A stretch of DNA of 53,242 nt, from the IMG/VR virus record IMGVR_UViG_3300017788_000033, positions 1-53,242 of that record. One strand, 5' to 3'. Source of the DNA: a virus (Duplodnaviria; Caudoviricetes). Below are positions 19,301-26,600 of the stretch, one piece after another; position 1 is the first letter of the stretch; each line of letters starts with the position of its first letter. A model generated the notes under the pieces. That model was not told where the DNA came from. It did no database searches and worked only from the letters and a program-made list of their open reading frames with translations. The position numbers were made by a program, and so were the translations under genes.

Positions 19301-22007
19301 TGCTTATGATTTTAGAGTCACTTCTATTGGGTCAACTGATACATTTACTATATTAGCTGGATCCATTTCCACCATTCCACATTATTATACACAAGATGGT
19401 ATAGTTAGTTTTAAACAGTTTGAACCATTCATTTTGACAGTTGAAGAAGTTGAAAAAGATAGTTTTTCTGGTTTTTATCCTGGACAATTTGTTCAATTTG
19501 ATGATATTTCTGAATTCTTTAATGGGTTTAGAAAGAAATTTACACTTTCAGTTACAGTAGACGGAGTAAAACAAATTTTAGGATTAAGAGTTCTTGAGGG
19601 AACTGATTTAGATATAACTAACAATATTTTTATATACATCAATGATGTATTACAAGTTCCAAATACTTCATATACTTTTTCTGGAAGTAGAATAATATTT
19701 ACTGAGACTCCAAAATCTGGATCCAAATGTACTATATTATACTATAGAGGTTCATCTGTTGATGTGGAACTTGTTGATCCTCCAAAAACAATTAAAAATG
19801 GAGATAAGATAACAATTGAAGAAAATCCACAAGATTTATTTGATATCTCTCAATTTGATAGAGTTGTTAAAAAAATTGCAGCTGCAGATCAATTAGAAAC
19901 ATTTAATTACTATTCTGTTGGAATTATTACTGATCCTACAAAAATTAGACCATTAACTTGGGAAAAACAGCTTTCCGATACAGTTATTAGTGGGACACTT
20001 TATTCAAAGTCTAGACCAAGTTTACAAAGTTCTGTAAGACCTATAGCCACTGTTATAAAAAATATTGAACCTGATGATGATGTAATATATGTTGATAATG
20101 CTTATCCACTATTTTCAGATCTAGATTCACTCTCCGAAGATATTAGAGATATATTGGTATTAGAAAATAGAACAATTGAAGAATGCTTAGTAGAATCTGT
20201 AGTTTCTTCTTCTTCAACAATTTCATCAATAAATGTATTAAGTGGTGGAGTTGGATATGCTAATACACAATCACCTAAGGTAGTCATCTCTGAAAGTTTT
20301 ATATCCAAAAAAGATCCAATCTTTAATTGGGATGGTGTTACTGGATTATCTACTACATATGACTTAAAATCAATAAAGTATAATAATAAATTTGTTTCTG
20401 TAGGTAATAATTCAATATACTCAGTAAGTAATGATGGAATAGATTGGCAAGTTTCTACAGTGGGATTTGGTCAATCTTCTAATTTTAATTCTATAGAAAT
20501 AGTGGGAGTCGGTACAAGCAATTTCTTATTCTCAGCGGGAAATTTTGGACAAATAATAAAAGCTACAGACTATGGAAATGTTATATCCTCCTGGTCTCAG
20601 GTTCCATTATTAGAGGATGTTTCTATTCCCGGATTTGGTGTAGTTAATCAGGTAAGTAGTGGTTATACTGGAACGTTTAATCAAATTGTATATTCTAGTG
20701 TCACTGATACTTGGGTTACTGTTGGAGCCGGTGGATCAATCTTTTTTGCAACCGGAGTAAGTACAAACTCATTTGTTAACAGATATTCTGAAACACTATC
20801 AGATTTAAATAGTGTAACTTTTGGATCTGAATATTTTGTTGCTGTTGGTAATGATGGAGTAATAAGAACGTCTAATAATGGAAATATTTGGGAATCTGTA
20901 CCTTCTCCGGTGAGCACTAATTTGAACAAGGTAATTTATGCAGATGGCAAATTTGTTGCCGTTGGAAATTTTGGAATTCTTATTCAATCTATTAACAGAA
21001 ATTCCTATCAAATTATTCCAAATAATCTTGGAATTCAAAATATAAACAACATTTATTATAATTATGGTTTTTATGTAATTACTACCTCAACGGGCGATTT
21101 ATATTATTCCTTTGATTTGAGTAATTGGATTTATAGATCAACACTGCAAGCTAACTTCATTAATGATTTAATATTTGTCGATGGTCTTGGGGCTGATGGT
21201 AGATATGTTGCAATTGGATCTGGAGCAACAGCCATTTATGCAGAACCAATCTACAATAGAGCTACAGCTATTTCTAGTGTTACTTCTGGAGTTGTTACAT
21301 CTATACAGATTGTTAATCCAGGATTTGGATATGATTTAAATAATCCACCGCCAGCAATAATAGAACCAGATAGTTACAATGCTGAACTAGTTAGATCATT
21401 TAAAGTCATTGGAGATCATGGATTAATTATTGGAGTTACTACTTATATTACAGGAACACCAGGTATTGGAACAACTTCTCCAAAAATATCCTTTACTTTA
21501 AAGTCTGAACAATATGATAATAGTACTTTAGGTATAGGATATTCATCACTTAATACTTTTGGAATTACTAATAGCCAATTATCTAAAGGTGATTATTTTG
21601 TTATTACGGATAGTAATGTTGAAATAGGTGGAGATTTGGTAGGAATTACAACACTTCTTGGTGGTATGAGCAACTATCCAAATTCAAAGATTGGAATAGC
21701 AAAGTCATTTATAGATGGTGTTTATATTGTTGAGGATGTAACTCCACCTTCTCTTGGAATTGTTACCGTTACTTGTAATTTTGCTCCTATGGTTGATAAT
21801 TATGTTAAAGTTTATGCAAGAGGAGAAAATAATACTGGTATTGGAACAAATAATTATTATGGTAGATATAGTTGGGCTAAAATTTATGATTACCAAAATA
21901 GAATTTTGGGAAATCCAAAAATATTTGAAGTTTTTAATGATAATGGAATTTCTGGAATTTCGTCTTCTCCCAAAATTATAAGAACCAGAAGTGTAATAAG
22001 TAAGTAA
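7335..22007 (+). CDS. gp7: Giant baseplate wedge initiator gp7-like protein (4890 aa) with many inserted accessory domains
   Basis: IESQIPEF...FVEFLKQYY, IKDLYSSKGT..SYKLLFKILYG, DNFYYQKFSY, VHPSGFKEF; lies between gp6 and gp8. Confidence 0.85.
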   Translation: MSEIKRVKIGSIIESQIPEFLSVESPLFVEFLKQYYQSLEHQSGSIDIISNITQYKNSKKFNNIDLIEQTTLTSDILSFDTTINVVSTKGWPDTYGLLKINDEIITYLSKTDTTFENCIRGFSGIDNLESSNNPQFLNFSSTEASEHSNLTVVKNLSNLFLIKFFERFKFEFLPGFESRDFYENISVENIAYRIKDLYSSKGTDQSYKLLFKILYGSDIEIIKPQEYTLSPSSNSYFITKNILVEKISGGNPIEIKGNFLFQNITGIGTVSASIFNVEYRPVANKDFYEISLDSTSFSGNFRVSGKTRVLEDVQIGSNNILVDSTVGFANSGTILVKPENSDFIEINYTGKTINQFTGVTNVTKPLNFGLDLIEENFAFSYVGVGNTSKVEFRVVNVIDNIDFSKTSNLRIGDNISLSGFGRDFYDSYQFNNWIYNLPTNHNIKNINQVDSTKYRIILFDKVYFYQNERVFLIDSLGNSIEADIISVEYSTSDLIEKYSDRILVQILNPGSFNILNSIGVRKKIYKSNHASNYFQNLETIPTSVQNTYIDSTEEYFYVTSSGLPNYTIFSTDNKKTVSTTVGTSVTDTFNVNNHNFISGELIFYQPETSSGILTGLYYVTRLDNNRLKLSFSKSDIFSKKYIQTTSQVVNDSLYKFGYQNKNLKHQKLLKKFYFNKPRTSFDDLNLRTTFNREIGLLSNGVEILSPTLFDENIYYGNITSIDVTDSGKDYDVIDTPSLDVNDDFGTGLKAHLNISGSVKEIKILNAGYGYQEKPKITIIGGNGTGCVLESNFVKSQVSSGFKADLNVSTIDNTIQFLNSIPFEDGEEIIYDSNKNSNVPGIINGSSYFVGILTDNKIKLFNNKTDALQKTNEIDIVGVSSGFHFITTLKNKNTFTEIYVKNPGQGYSNRKVKVPSILSVDSATSGINTFDSYVFAKNHGFNNSELVKYEYSDTPISGLSTSILYYVKVVDVNKFRLYEAGIGASLTNENLVKNKFVKFNSLGIGTHTIGYPPIEVKVESKSAMGSTTIINSELNPIVLGSIQDVYIEDGGIGYGCTDIANYHRRPNVSISSITSQAILKPIIIDGSIVDVQIISRGQGFRKNSEILVYGEGKYAQIEPIVEEGKLSAVNIVFGGVGYLPSNTTLILNNRGQNAKFLANVREWKINQVVKSKNIISNQDDGILYPSKNPQLELQLINFYIPKKLRYQLSDNFTDSNKETNETLNHSPILGYAYDGNPIYGPYGYDTTTGGSIRKMNSGYVLNVNQISGLRPPSFENGFFVNDYEYNGSGDLDIHNGRFCITPEFPNGTYAYFYAIDVNSSNESIPRYPYIIGPYFYNKPITENLLPSYNQDIDIFTPNLTRNIGPYYLNRSNSSYDLIDKVSEEYKQEFYVNSINSGKIESVSIFSPGDNYKIDDPVEIDVTGTEGIQPNIVVSELNGREIESFFLSEELISNAEFFIRNPDTIVKTSSPHGIKNNQSILISGISTITASKFEGVKNVEVLEKESQLLNDIDTTSVTGVSTFITLKDTNGFKVNDFIGIGSEILLITDIDVKRSGFYVNRLQNTGVHTAGVDNVILLPREFKIPTGDITDLTFENYTTFFDPRFSVGVGTTGSIRTVVGFGTTSIENRFIPPRNIYLPSHKFYTGQPLLYNSGSGFAGTSLYVNNVGSGVSFSLEDNQIVYAVNLGKDYIGLSTLGFTSFTGIGTNINSLEFWDQTKSYGVIGAAHSLTTLNPKVTGTLEKTLGIITTTSNHQLNVNDLITLNLTTNYNEIVKVIFDPVNRKVLMREISFSDSDVSLSESSINFSSYNGNIETGDKVVYVSSSPISGLNHYGTYYVLKTDFDSIKLCEYESDIDESNFINFSSVGGLTHKLYFVNPQISCIRTTKIEFDLSDSSLTNLDLQFYFDPNFVEKINERTGFFVERQGVPGNSGSKVILDLSGQFFPIYYNLFSKGSSEESKKEISSDVNVKSNNKISIINHQFNNKFNIIESTDKTFSFFNTKKLTFSEKQILSQPQTTFSYKTTSKTALGPISKLKINFPGRGYKKLPKVRGIKSDLGVNAVIKLISPNIGKVETFTRVKDGFDYPTDPTLSPSLSVPTVIGIKDIRTIDYIEIISGGRRYNSSPKLIIKNNINNDIELNANILGGSITSVDIIKNSTSLSSPLEIVPIYNSNGYEIDSISVVGNLITLELLNSPVTNPFISSGFGKTDYEYPFKIGDKIFIENCRLTSSTLDQANFNSESYNYLFFDVVGVNTTNNTVTYDMSGISTGSFGTYSDQFNLGVVINKNDMPEFNMILKDDVNYLSNEKVSSLTFVGTVMEGGWDNNLNQMRLKNIFGEINVGDKIFGETSKIRGTVEYFDTFNLYSTLGVSRDKTSSIDLSSGICNDYLQRISDNFYYQKFSYSIKGNIPYNIWRESVRSTVHPSGFKEFSDLEIFTKPTLNEVNAGIARSINMKPKVETTSSITFVNIDQISKFNTKKNFARVYEEELNPDGSIQNVFFDEGVDLSPFIVNRTNKVIEIDDISSQFNGTADQYLQGRFSDASDLLDYNKEFIQEEVVGFITATYPGITTNPDWDRTICKRDVGYIVDAISHDLKYSSNNKSIEAGLAYWSGVGTSYVAGESIETIAGFNYIVDLSKYIINNVGVKTSYQLANAINISTAVYNNVTGITTITTSSPHGLSTTTVDYVVLKNLVFSCDSGGGINTAIFPNLGAGPDGNGVLSPKGFVYQVEVIDSVRFKVNPGPSTITHTYDSGGTIQRAFISTSQYIDSTILPDVNCSLEYSENCCADVWTSIGNYIGIITTIIGIGTTAKPNTITYPSLARGGSIVGLSTFKLKNKGTSLFKHEFSGSSVDIINDKFIIPNHNFQSGQELIYSYSGGSPIGIATTSYVTGQVDTLLNVHEFDGTAIFENGYNVAITTDISGTVPTGPTGFINYTQVIGLNTTGFGTDATFNVFISYSGGGVPLSTSVVLTYGGSGYYVGEQVSISGTYFGGTSPTNDISFVVSKTAPTAIQSEANQSYLAVPSIDLSGATFDVARDSSGEINYVKILNGGSGYDTNSIISIAGTYIGGASPKDNLSFTPLELGTKSLPTSVFVYKLNDNEFKLSGLSTSVFLNLTDVGTSTHYLSYKEPNASVIITIDGIIQKAVTRKSLHVSFASSVSSASTTIIDISSGISSLSVSDIINIGDEYISVRNIGITSSNQIEVIRGYFGTVATSHTVGASGTVLNGDFNIVGDIIYFDSAPYGKIGPVGLETGSIFGGRAFSRRFDPNSPQDKNILLDDISLSFTGIAATEFTIKVKDQTTNTIFNSVNSNTEINNNPIVLINNVFQDPTNDYTVDGSGSNVLRFLSGTPSSGKITKVAISSSYGYIPRIGAAATIIVSTGGTITDVIVTGGGSGYRSAPVVSIASTIGIGASVVATVSVAGTISGFTIINPGIGYTSTSLPEVVIGIPTGYSNLSLGYTGGTSGVGGNAKLTVEVGMGSSILSYKFDQPGIAYKVGDKLTPIGIPTNTTLRYDSLSISNVQYNNLTGITTITTTSTHNINENDYVILTGIAFTCGYDEVGIQTFSYDNATGICTVVTYSPHGLLRTDVPNNQTSDEVFLYNLPFNCPSYTTNTAVNISNVVYNHIVGIATITTSSDHGAVAGKQVKLAGIAFSCSAHSATGIATYNITNFVYTNSTGITTITLDANHELIPGEYVQLSDIILSCPSEAIGYSTTKFPYSAGIGTLGNSYPNSSPNTLGGTFNVFRVLVGTSGTTIVFYAGISTVAHTYSSGGTATVGITSTIFPYPGSSPTTVSGTFDVFEVNSVLSNTQFTIIAGVSSIAHTYVSGGTAQSGVTTTIFPDGTSTYGKVFPVLTSISSTSFTMNAGISTIPHVFEGWPEIGINTFSYYEITGLSTVTTSVDHQFQVGDKITLAGLAFTCDSAYVGLTTTIFPDGTSQYGYTFTVTAVNSSTEFEFLAGISTIIHYYTGGGYTKKVPTAQRVLRYTDDSTDSAYDFRVTSIGSTDTFTILAGSISTIPHYYTQDGIVSFKQFEPFILTVEEVEKDSFSGFYPGQFVQFDDISEFFNGFRKKFTLSVTVDGVKQILGLRVLEGTDLDITNNIFIYINDVLQVPNTSYTFSGSRIIFTETPKSGSKCTILYYRGSSVDVELVDPPKTIKNGDKITIEENPQDLFDISQFDRVVKKIAAADQLETFNYYSVGIITDPTKIRPLTWEKQLSDTVISGTLYSKSRPSLQSSVRPIATVIKNIEPDDDVIYVDNAYPLFSDLDSLSEDIRDILVLENRTIEECLVESVVSSSSTISSINVLSGGVGYANTQSPKVVISESFISKKDPIFNWDGVTGLSTTYDLKSIKYNNKFVSVGNNSIYSVSNDGIDWQVSTVGFGQSSNFNSIEIVGVGTSNFLFSAGNFGQIIKATDYGNVISSWSQVPLLEDVSIPGFGVVNQVSSGYTGTFNQIVYSSVTDTWVTVGAGGSIFFATGVSTNSFVNRYSETLSDLNSVTFGSEYFVAVGNDGVIRTSNNGNIWESVPSPVSTNLNKVIYADGKFVAVGNFGILIQSINRNSYQIIPNNLGIQNINNIYYNYGFYVITTSTGDLYYSFDLSNWIYRSTLQANFINDLIFVDGLGADGRYVAIGSGATAIYAEPIYNRATAISSVTSGVVTSIQIVNPGFGYDLNNPPPAIIEPDSYNAELVRSFKVIGDHGLIIGVTTYITGTPGIGTTSPKISFTLKSEQYDNSTLGIGYSSLNTFGITNSQLSKGDYFVITDSNVEIGGDLVGITTLLGGMSNYPNSKIGIAKSFIDGVYIVEDVTPPSLGIVTVTCNFAPMVDNYVKVYARGENNTGIGTNNYYGRYSWAKIYDYQNRILGNPKIFEVFNDNGISGISSSPKIIRTRSVISK
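17871..19410 (+). repeat. Nested array of five copies of a ~100-aa beta domain within gp7
   Basis: Half-domain order A1 A2 A3 A4 B4 B3 B2 A5 B5 B1 (see findings). Confidence 0.8.
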
Positions 22008-22014
22008 AATGTAA

Positions 22015-22021
22015 CTAAATA
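22015..22021 (+). promoter_or_regulatory. Late promoter-like CTAAATA upstream of gp8
   Basis: Intergenic; ends 19 nt before ATG 22041. Confidence 0.5.
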
Positions 22022-22040
22022 AAAAAAAGTATGTTCTAAA

Positions 22041-23636
22041 ATGCCCGCCATAATATCAGATCAATTTAGAATTTTAAATGCAGAGAACTTTGTAAAAAGT
22101 GTTTCTGGAGTAGGTGATACTTCAAATAAGTATTATACTTTTATCGGATTGCCAAATAGTGATAATACAGCAGCAGGCGGTTCTCCTACTTGGACTACTA
22201 ATACTCCTTCTCCTTTAGATGGGTTTAAAGAAGAAAATCAAGTTAAAGAGAGTATTATATCATTAAAACAAATTACAAATCAGGATGTTAGGAGACTTGT
22301 TAGAAAAGTTACGTGGGTTGCTGGAAATACTTATGAAATGTATAGACACGATTATAGTGTATTTAATGTTACTCCCGTAACATCACAAACAAGTTTATAT
22401 GAAGCAAATTATTATATTATAAACGAGGATTTGAGAGTTTATGTATGTTTACAAAATGGAACTGATCCGGAAAATCCAAAAGGAAGACCTTCTTTTGATC
22501 AACCAACTTTTATTGATTTAGAGCCTCGAGCGGCTGGATCTAGTGGTGATGGTTATATTTGGAAATACTTATATACAATAAAACCATCTGAGATTATTAA
22601 ATTTGATTCTATTGAATTTATTCCAGTGCCAGATGATTGGGGAAATTCCGGCGAATCAATTTCTACAAAAAATAATGCAATTGATGGTAAGATAGAAGTA
22701 ATATTAATTAATGATAGAGGATCTAATTATCAACCAATTTCTACTTCTTTTTCTAATGTTCCTATATTGGGTGATGGATCTGGAGGCAAAGCAACAGTTA
22801 CAATTGATTCTTTTGGAAAAGTATCTGAAATTTTTGTTACTGATGGAGGAAGGGGATATACTTATGGAACGGTGGAGTTTTATCCGGGAGCGCCTGGTTC
22901 GGAAATAACTGGCCCCCTACGTCAATTAAGTAATACTGGAATAGGAACTACTTCTGTATCATCTTTTAATGTAATTATTCCACCAAAAGGCGGTCATGGA
23001 TACGATATTTATCGAGAACTTGGTGCATATAGAGTTCTACTTTATTCTAGATATGAAACTTTAGAAAGTAATCCTGATGTTATTTTGGGTAATGATTTTG
23101 CTAGAGTGGGAATTGTAAAAAATCCAACAATTGTTGGAGATTCTGGCCAACTATTAAATTCATCTTTAGTTAGTGGTCTAAACGCTTTAAAATTATCTGG
23201 AGTTACCACAAATACTACATACGCTGTAGATTCTATAATCAAACAAAATGTTGGATTAGGTTCTACTGCAATTGGATTTGTTGCTTCTTGGGATTCAATA
23301 ACTGGGGTTTTAAAGTATTATCAACCAACTGGGTTAGCGTCAAGTGAAACGGGATTTAAAATTATTCCGTTTACTTCTAATCCAGACGTTGGATATGGAT
23401 TAACAATTAATGGATCTTCTGTTGTAGGTCCTGCATTATCTATCAACTCAAACTTTAGTGGTGTAACTACAACAATAAATAATAGAATATATCAGTTGGG
23501 TCAAGAGTTTATAGCTGGCATTTCTTCTGCTGAATATAATAAAAAATCTGGTGATATTATCTATTTGGATAATAGACAACCAATTCCCAGATCTGCTAAC
23601 CAAAAAGAAGACATTAAAATTGTATTGGAGTTCTAA
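22041..23636 (+). CDS. gp8: Baseplate wedge subunit gp8
   Basis: MPAIISDQFRILNA, YEMYRHDY, VYVCLQNG, DGYIWKYLYTI, SGDIIYLDNR.PI.R..NQKEDIKIVLEF. Confidence 0.93.
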   Translation: MPAIISDQFRILNAENFVKSVSGVGDTSNKYYTFIGLPNSDNTAAGGSPTWTTNTPSPLDGFKEENQVKESIISLKQITNQDVRRLVRKVTWVAGNTYEMYRHDYSVFNVTPVTSQTSLYEANYYIINEDLRVYVCLQNGTDPENPKGRPSFDQPTFIDLEPRAAGSSGDGYIWKYLYTIKPSEIIKFDSIEFIPVPDDWGNSGESISTKNNAIDGKIEVILINDRGSNYQPISTSFSNVPILGDGSGGKATVTIDSFGKVSEIFVTDGGRGYTYGTVEFYPGAPGSEITGPLRQLSNTGIGTTSVSSFNVIIPPKGGHGYDIYRELGAYRVLLYSRYETLESNPDVILGNDFARVGIVKNPTIVGDSGQLLNSSLVSGLNALKLSGVTTNTTYAVDSIIKQNVGLGSTAIGFVASWDSITGVLKYYQPTGLASSETGFKIIPFTSNPDVGYGLTINGSSVVGPALSINSNFSGVTTTINNRIYQLGQEFIAGISSAEYNKKSGDIIYLDNRQPIPRSANQKEDIKIVLEF

Positions 23637-23641
23637 TAGAA

Positions 23642-26600
23642 ATGGCACAAAATACTAATTTAAATACATCTCCATATTTTGATGATTTTGATCCAAGAAA
23701 AAATTATCAAAGAGTTTTATTTAAGCCGGGAACTCCTATTCAAGCAAGAGAATTAACTACACTTCAATCTATTTTACAAAATCAGGTTGAAAAGTTTGGT
23801 AAACATTTTTTTAAAGAGGGATCAGTAGTAATTCCTGGTAATATTGCTTATGATTCTGAGTATACTTGTGTGCAAATTGATCCAACTCATTTAAGTATTC
23901 CAGTATCTACATACATATCAAATTTAGTTGGGAAACAAATAAAAGGAGAAACAAGTGGAGTAACTGCCAAAGTTGTAAATTATATTATTAGCGAAGAATC
24001 TGAAAACAATAATTTTACTTTGTACATAAAATATCAAAGTTCTAGTGAAAATGATTTTAGTGGAAATACTTTTGTTGATGGCGAAAATTTAATTGCCTTA
24101 GAAACCATTGATTATGGATTGGGTGTAATAAGATTAGAATCTTCATTTGCAACCTCTATTATATCAAATTCTGTAGCTACAGGATCTGCAATAAAAATAG
24201 AAGAGGGTGTTTACTTTATACGAGGATTTTTTGTAGATGTTTTTCCACAAACAGTCATATTAGATCAATACTCCAATTTACCTTCATATAGAATTGGACT
24301 ATCTATTTTTGAAGATATAGCTGTACCATCTCAATCAAATCAAGATTTATTTGATAATGCTAGAGGATTTTCAAATTTTGCTGCTCCAGGAGCGGATAGA
24401 CTTAGGATAGTAGCAACTTTAATAAAAAAATCTATAGATGACTTTAATGATGAAAATTTTGTAGAATTGTTAAGAATTGAAAATGGAATTATTAAAAAAG
24501 TTACTAAAAAAGAAGATACACCATCATTAATAACAGATGAGTTAGCAAGAAGAACTAGTGATGAATCTGGAGATTATTATGTAAAGCCATTTAGAGTTAT
24601 TGCTAAAGAATCATTAAATAACAAAATAGGAAATAATGGAGTTTATAATCCTCGTCAACTAACAAAACAAGGCAACATTCCTTCTGATGATTTATTAACC
24701 CTTCAAATTTCTCCAGGAAAAGCATATGTCAAGGGATATGAAGTAGAAACTCTCATCACAGTAAATGCTGACTTGGAAAAACCAAGAACTACAGAAACAG
24801 TTAAGGATATAACTGTTCCTTTTAGTTTAGGAAATCAAGTTGAAGTTAATAATGTTTATGGATCAGTTCCGGTTGGATTTGGATCAAGTAGTCAAGTAAC
24901 TTTATATTCCCAAAGAACAGTAACTCCAGGTCTTCCATCTGGAATTCCAATAGGAGTGGGTAGAGTTTATGATTTAAAATTAAAAAATTCTCAATATGAA
25001 AATGCTACAACTGTTTTTGAGGGATCAGTTTTTGATTTGCAAACTTATACGTATTTAACTTTAAATACTACTATAACTCTTTCTACTCCAGCATTTGTTC
25101 AGGGTAAAAATACTTCAGCGTCTGGATATTTAGTTTCTAATGTTACAAATAGTAATCAAGTAATACTATATCAAGTTTCTGGTAATTTTAGTGTTGGTGA
25201 ACAATTAAAAATTGATGGTCAAGATGTTTCTAGAACAATAGTTAATGTACGTGATTACAATCTGGGAGATATAAGACAAGTAGTTGGGTATGTTGGTTCT
25301 ACAACTTCGTTTACAGCTGATACAATAATATCTACAGGAATTCCTCTTGCACCACAAGGAACCAGTTTTACTATTTCTGCAGGTTCTGGGGGAATAAGTA
25401 CTGTAACAACATCCACTTCAACATTTGGTGTAGGAATTAATACAGGGGATATTTTTGTTTATACTAAATCTGGTGAAACAGTACCAACATACAATCGAGT
25501 AACTTCTATAAGTGCTTCTGCAAAATCTATAACTGTTCAATCAACTCCAAGCGTAGTTGGAGTAAATAGTGGTGGATTGCCAACAAGTTCAATAACAGTA
25601 TCGGACTTGGTAAAAGGAATTTCTACACTAGTAAACACTAGAGAATCATTTTTCTTTGCTGAGTTGGAAAATTCCAACATTGAGAATGTAGATATTTCTG
25701 AAGGAGAAATAGTTTATAGAAAATCTTATCCAGTAACAATTTCTTCTAATGGATTAACATCAACGTTGGAAACAGATACTAACATAACCTTAGAACAATT
25801 TGATGAAGAAGATTATTCTTTAGTTTTTGATGACGGTACTATTGAAACATTAACATCAGGTCAGTTTACAATTACCTCTGGAAGGACTTTGACATTGGTA
25901 AATTTGAGCCAAAATGGACCTGCAACATTAACTGTTACATTAAGAAAAAGAAGATTAAAATCTAGAAAGAAAATTTATAATAAATGTGCAGTTTTAGATG
26001 TTAGAAGTTCAAGCACACCTTTATCTGGGATAGGTAGTACAACTATTGAAGATGGATTAACATATAGTCCTTATTATGGAACAAGGGTGCAGGACGAAAG
26101 AATATCATTAAATGTTCCTGATGTAATTTTTGTTTCAGGTGTTTTTGAATCATCGGATTCTAATGATGCTGAATTGCCAAAACTAGAAATTGTTAATCTA
26201 AATGCTAATATTTTAAATGCTATTAAAGGGGAAATAATTTATGGTGAAACAAGTAATACAATGGCATTATTTGTCTCTACTAATGGCACAAATCAAGTAG
26301 AATTTGTATATATTAATGAGAATACATTTGTTCAAGGAGAAAAAATTCTCTTCTATGAATCAAATGTTACTGCTGAAATAAGTTTATTAATAGAAGGTGA
26401 CAGGAATATTGTATCTGATTTTATTTTTGAAAGTGGTCAAACTTTGGAAATAGCTGATTTTTCTTCATTAAGAAGAAAGTCTGGAGTTACAGCTCCAACA
26501 AAAAGATTAAAAATTGTGTATAATCATTATTACATAGATCCAAACGATGATGGCGATTTTGTAACCGTTAGTTCATATGATCGTGAAAGATATTCAAATG

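Noticed and set aside
17871-19410. Nested units as inteins or introns (Cys near the junction)
   Set aside because: The Cys belongs to the host half. Inserts have no terminal His-Asn, no Hint or endonuclease motifs and no stops, and they are homologous to the host domain.
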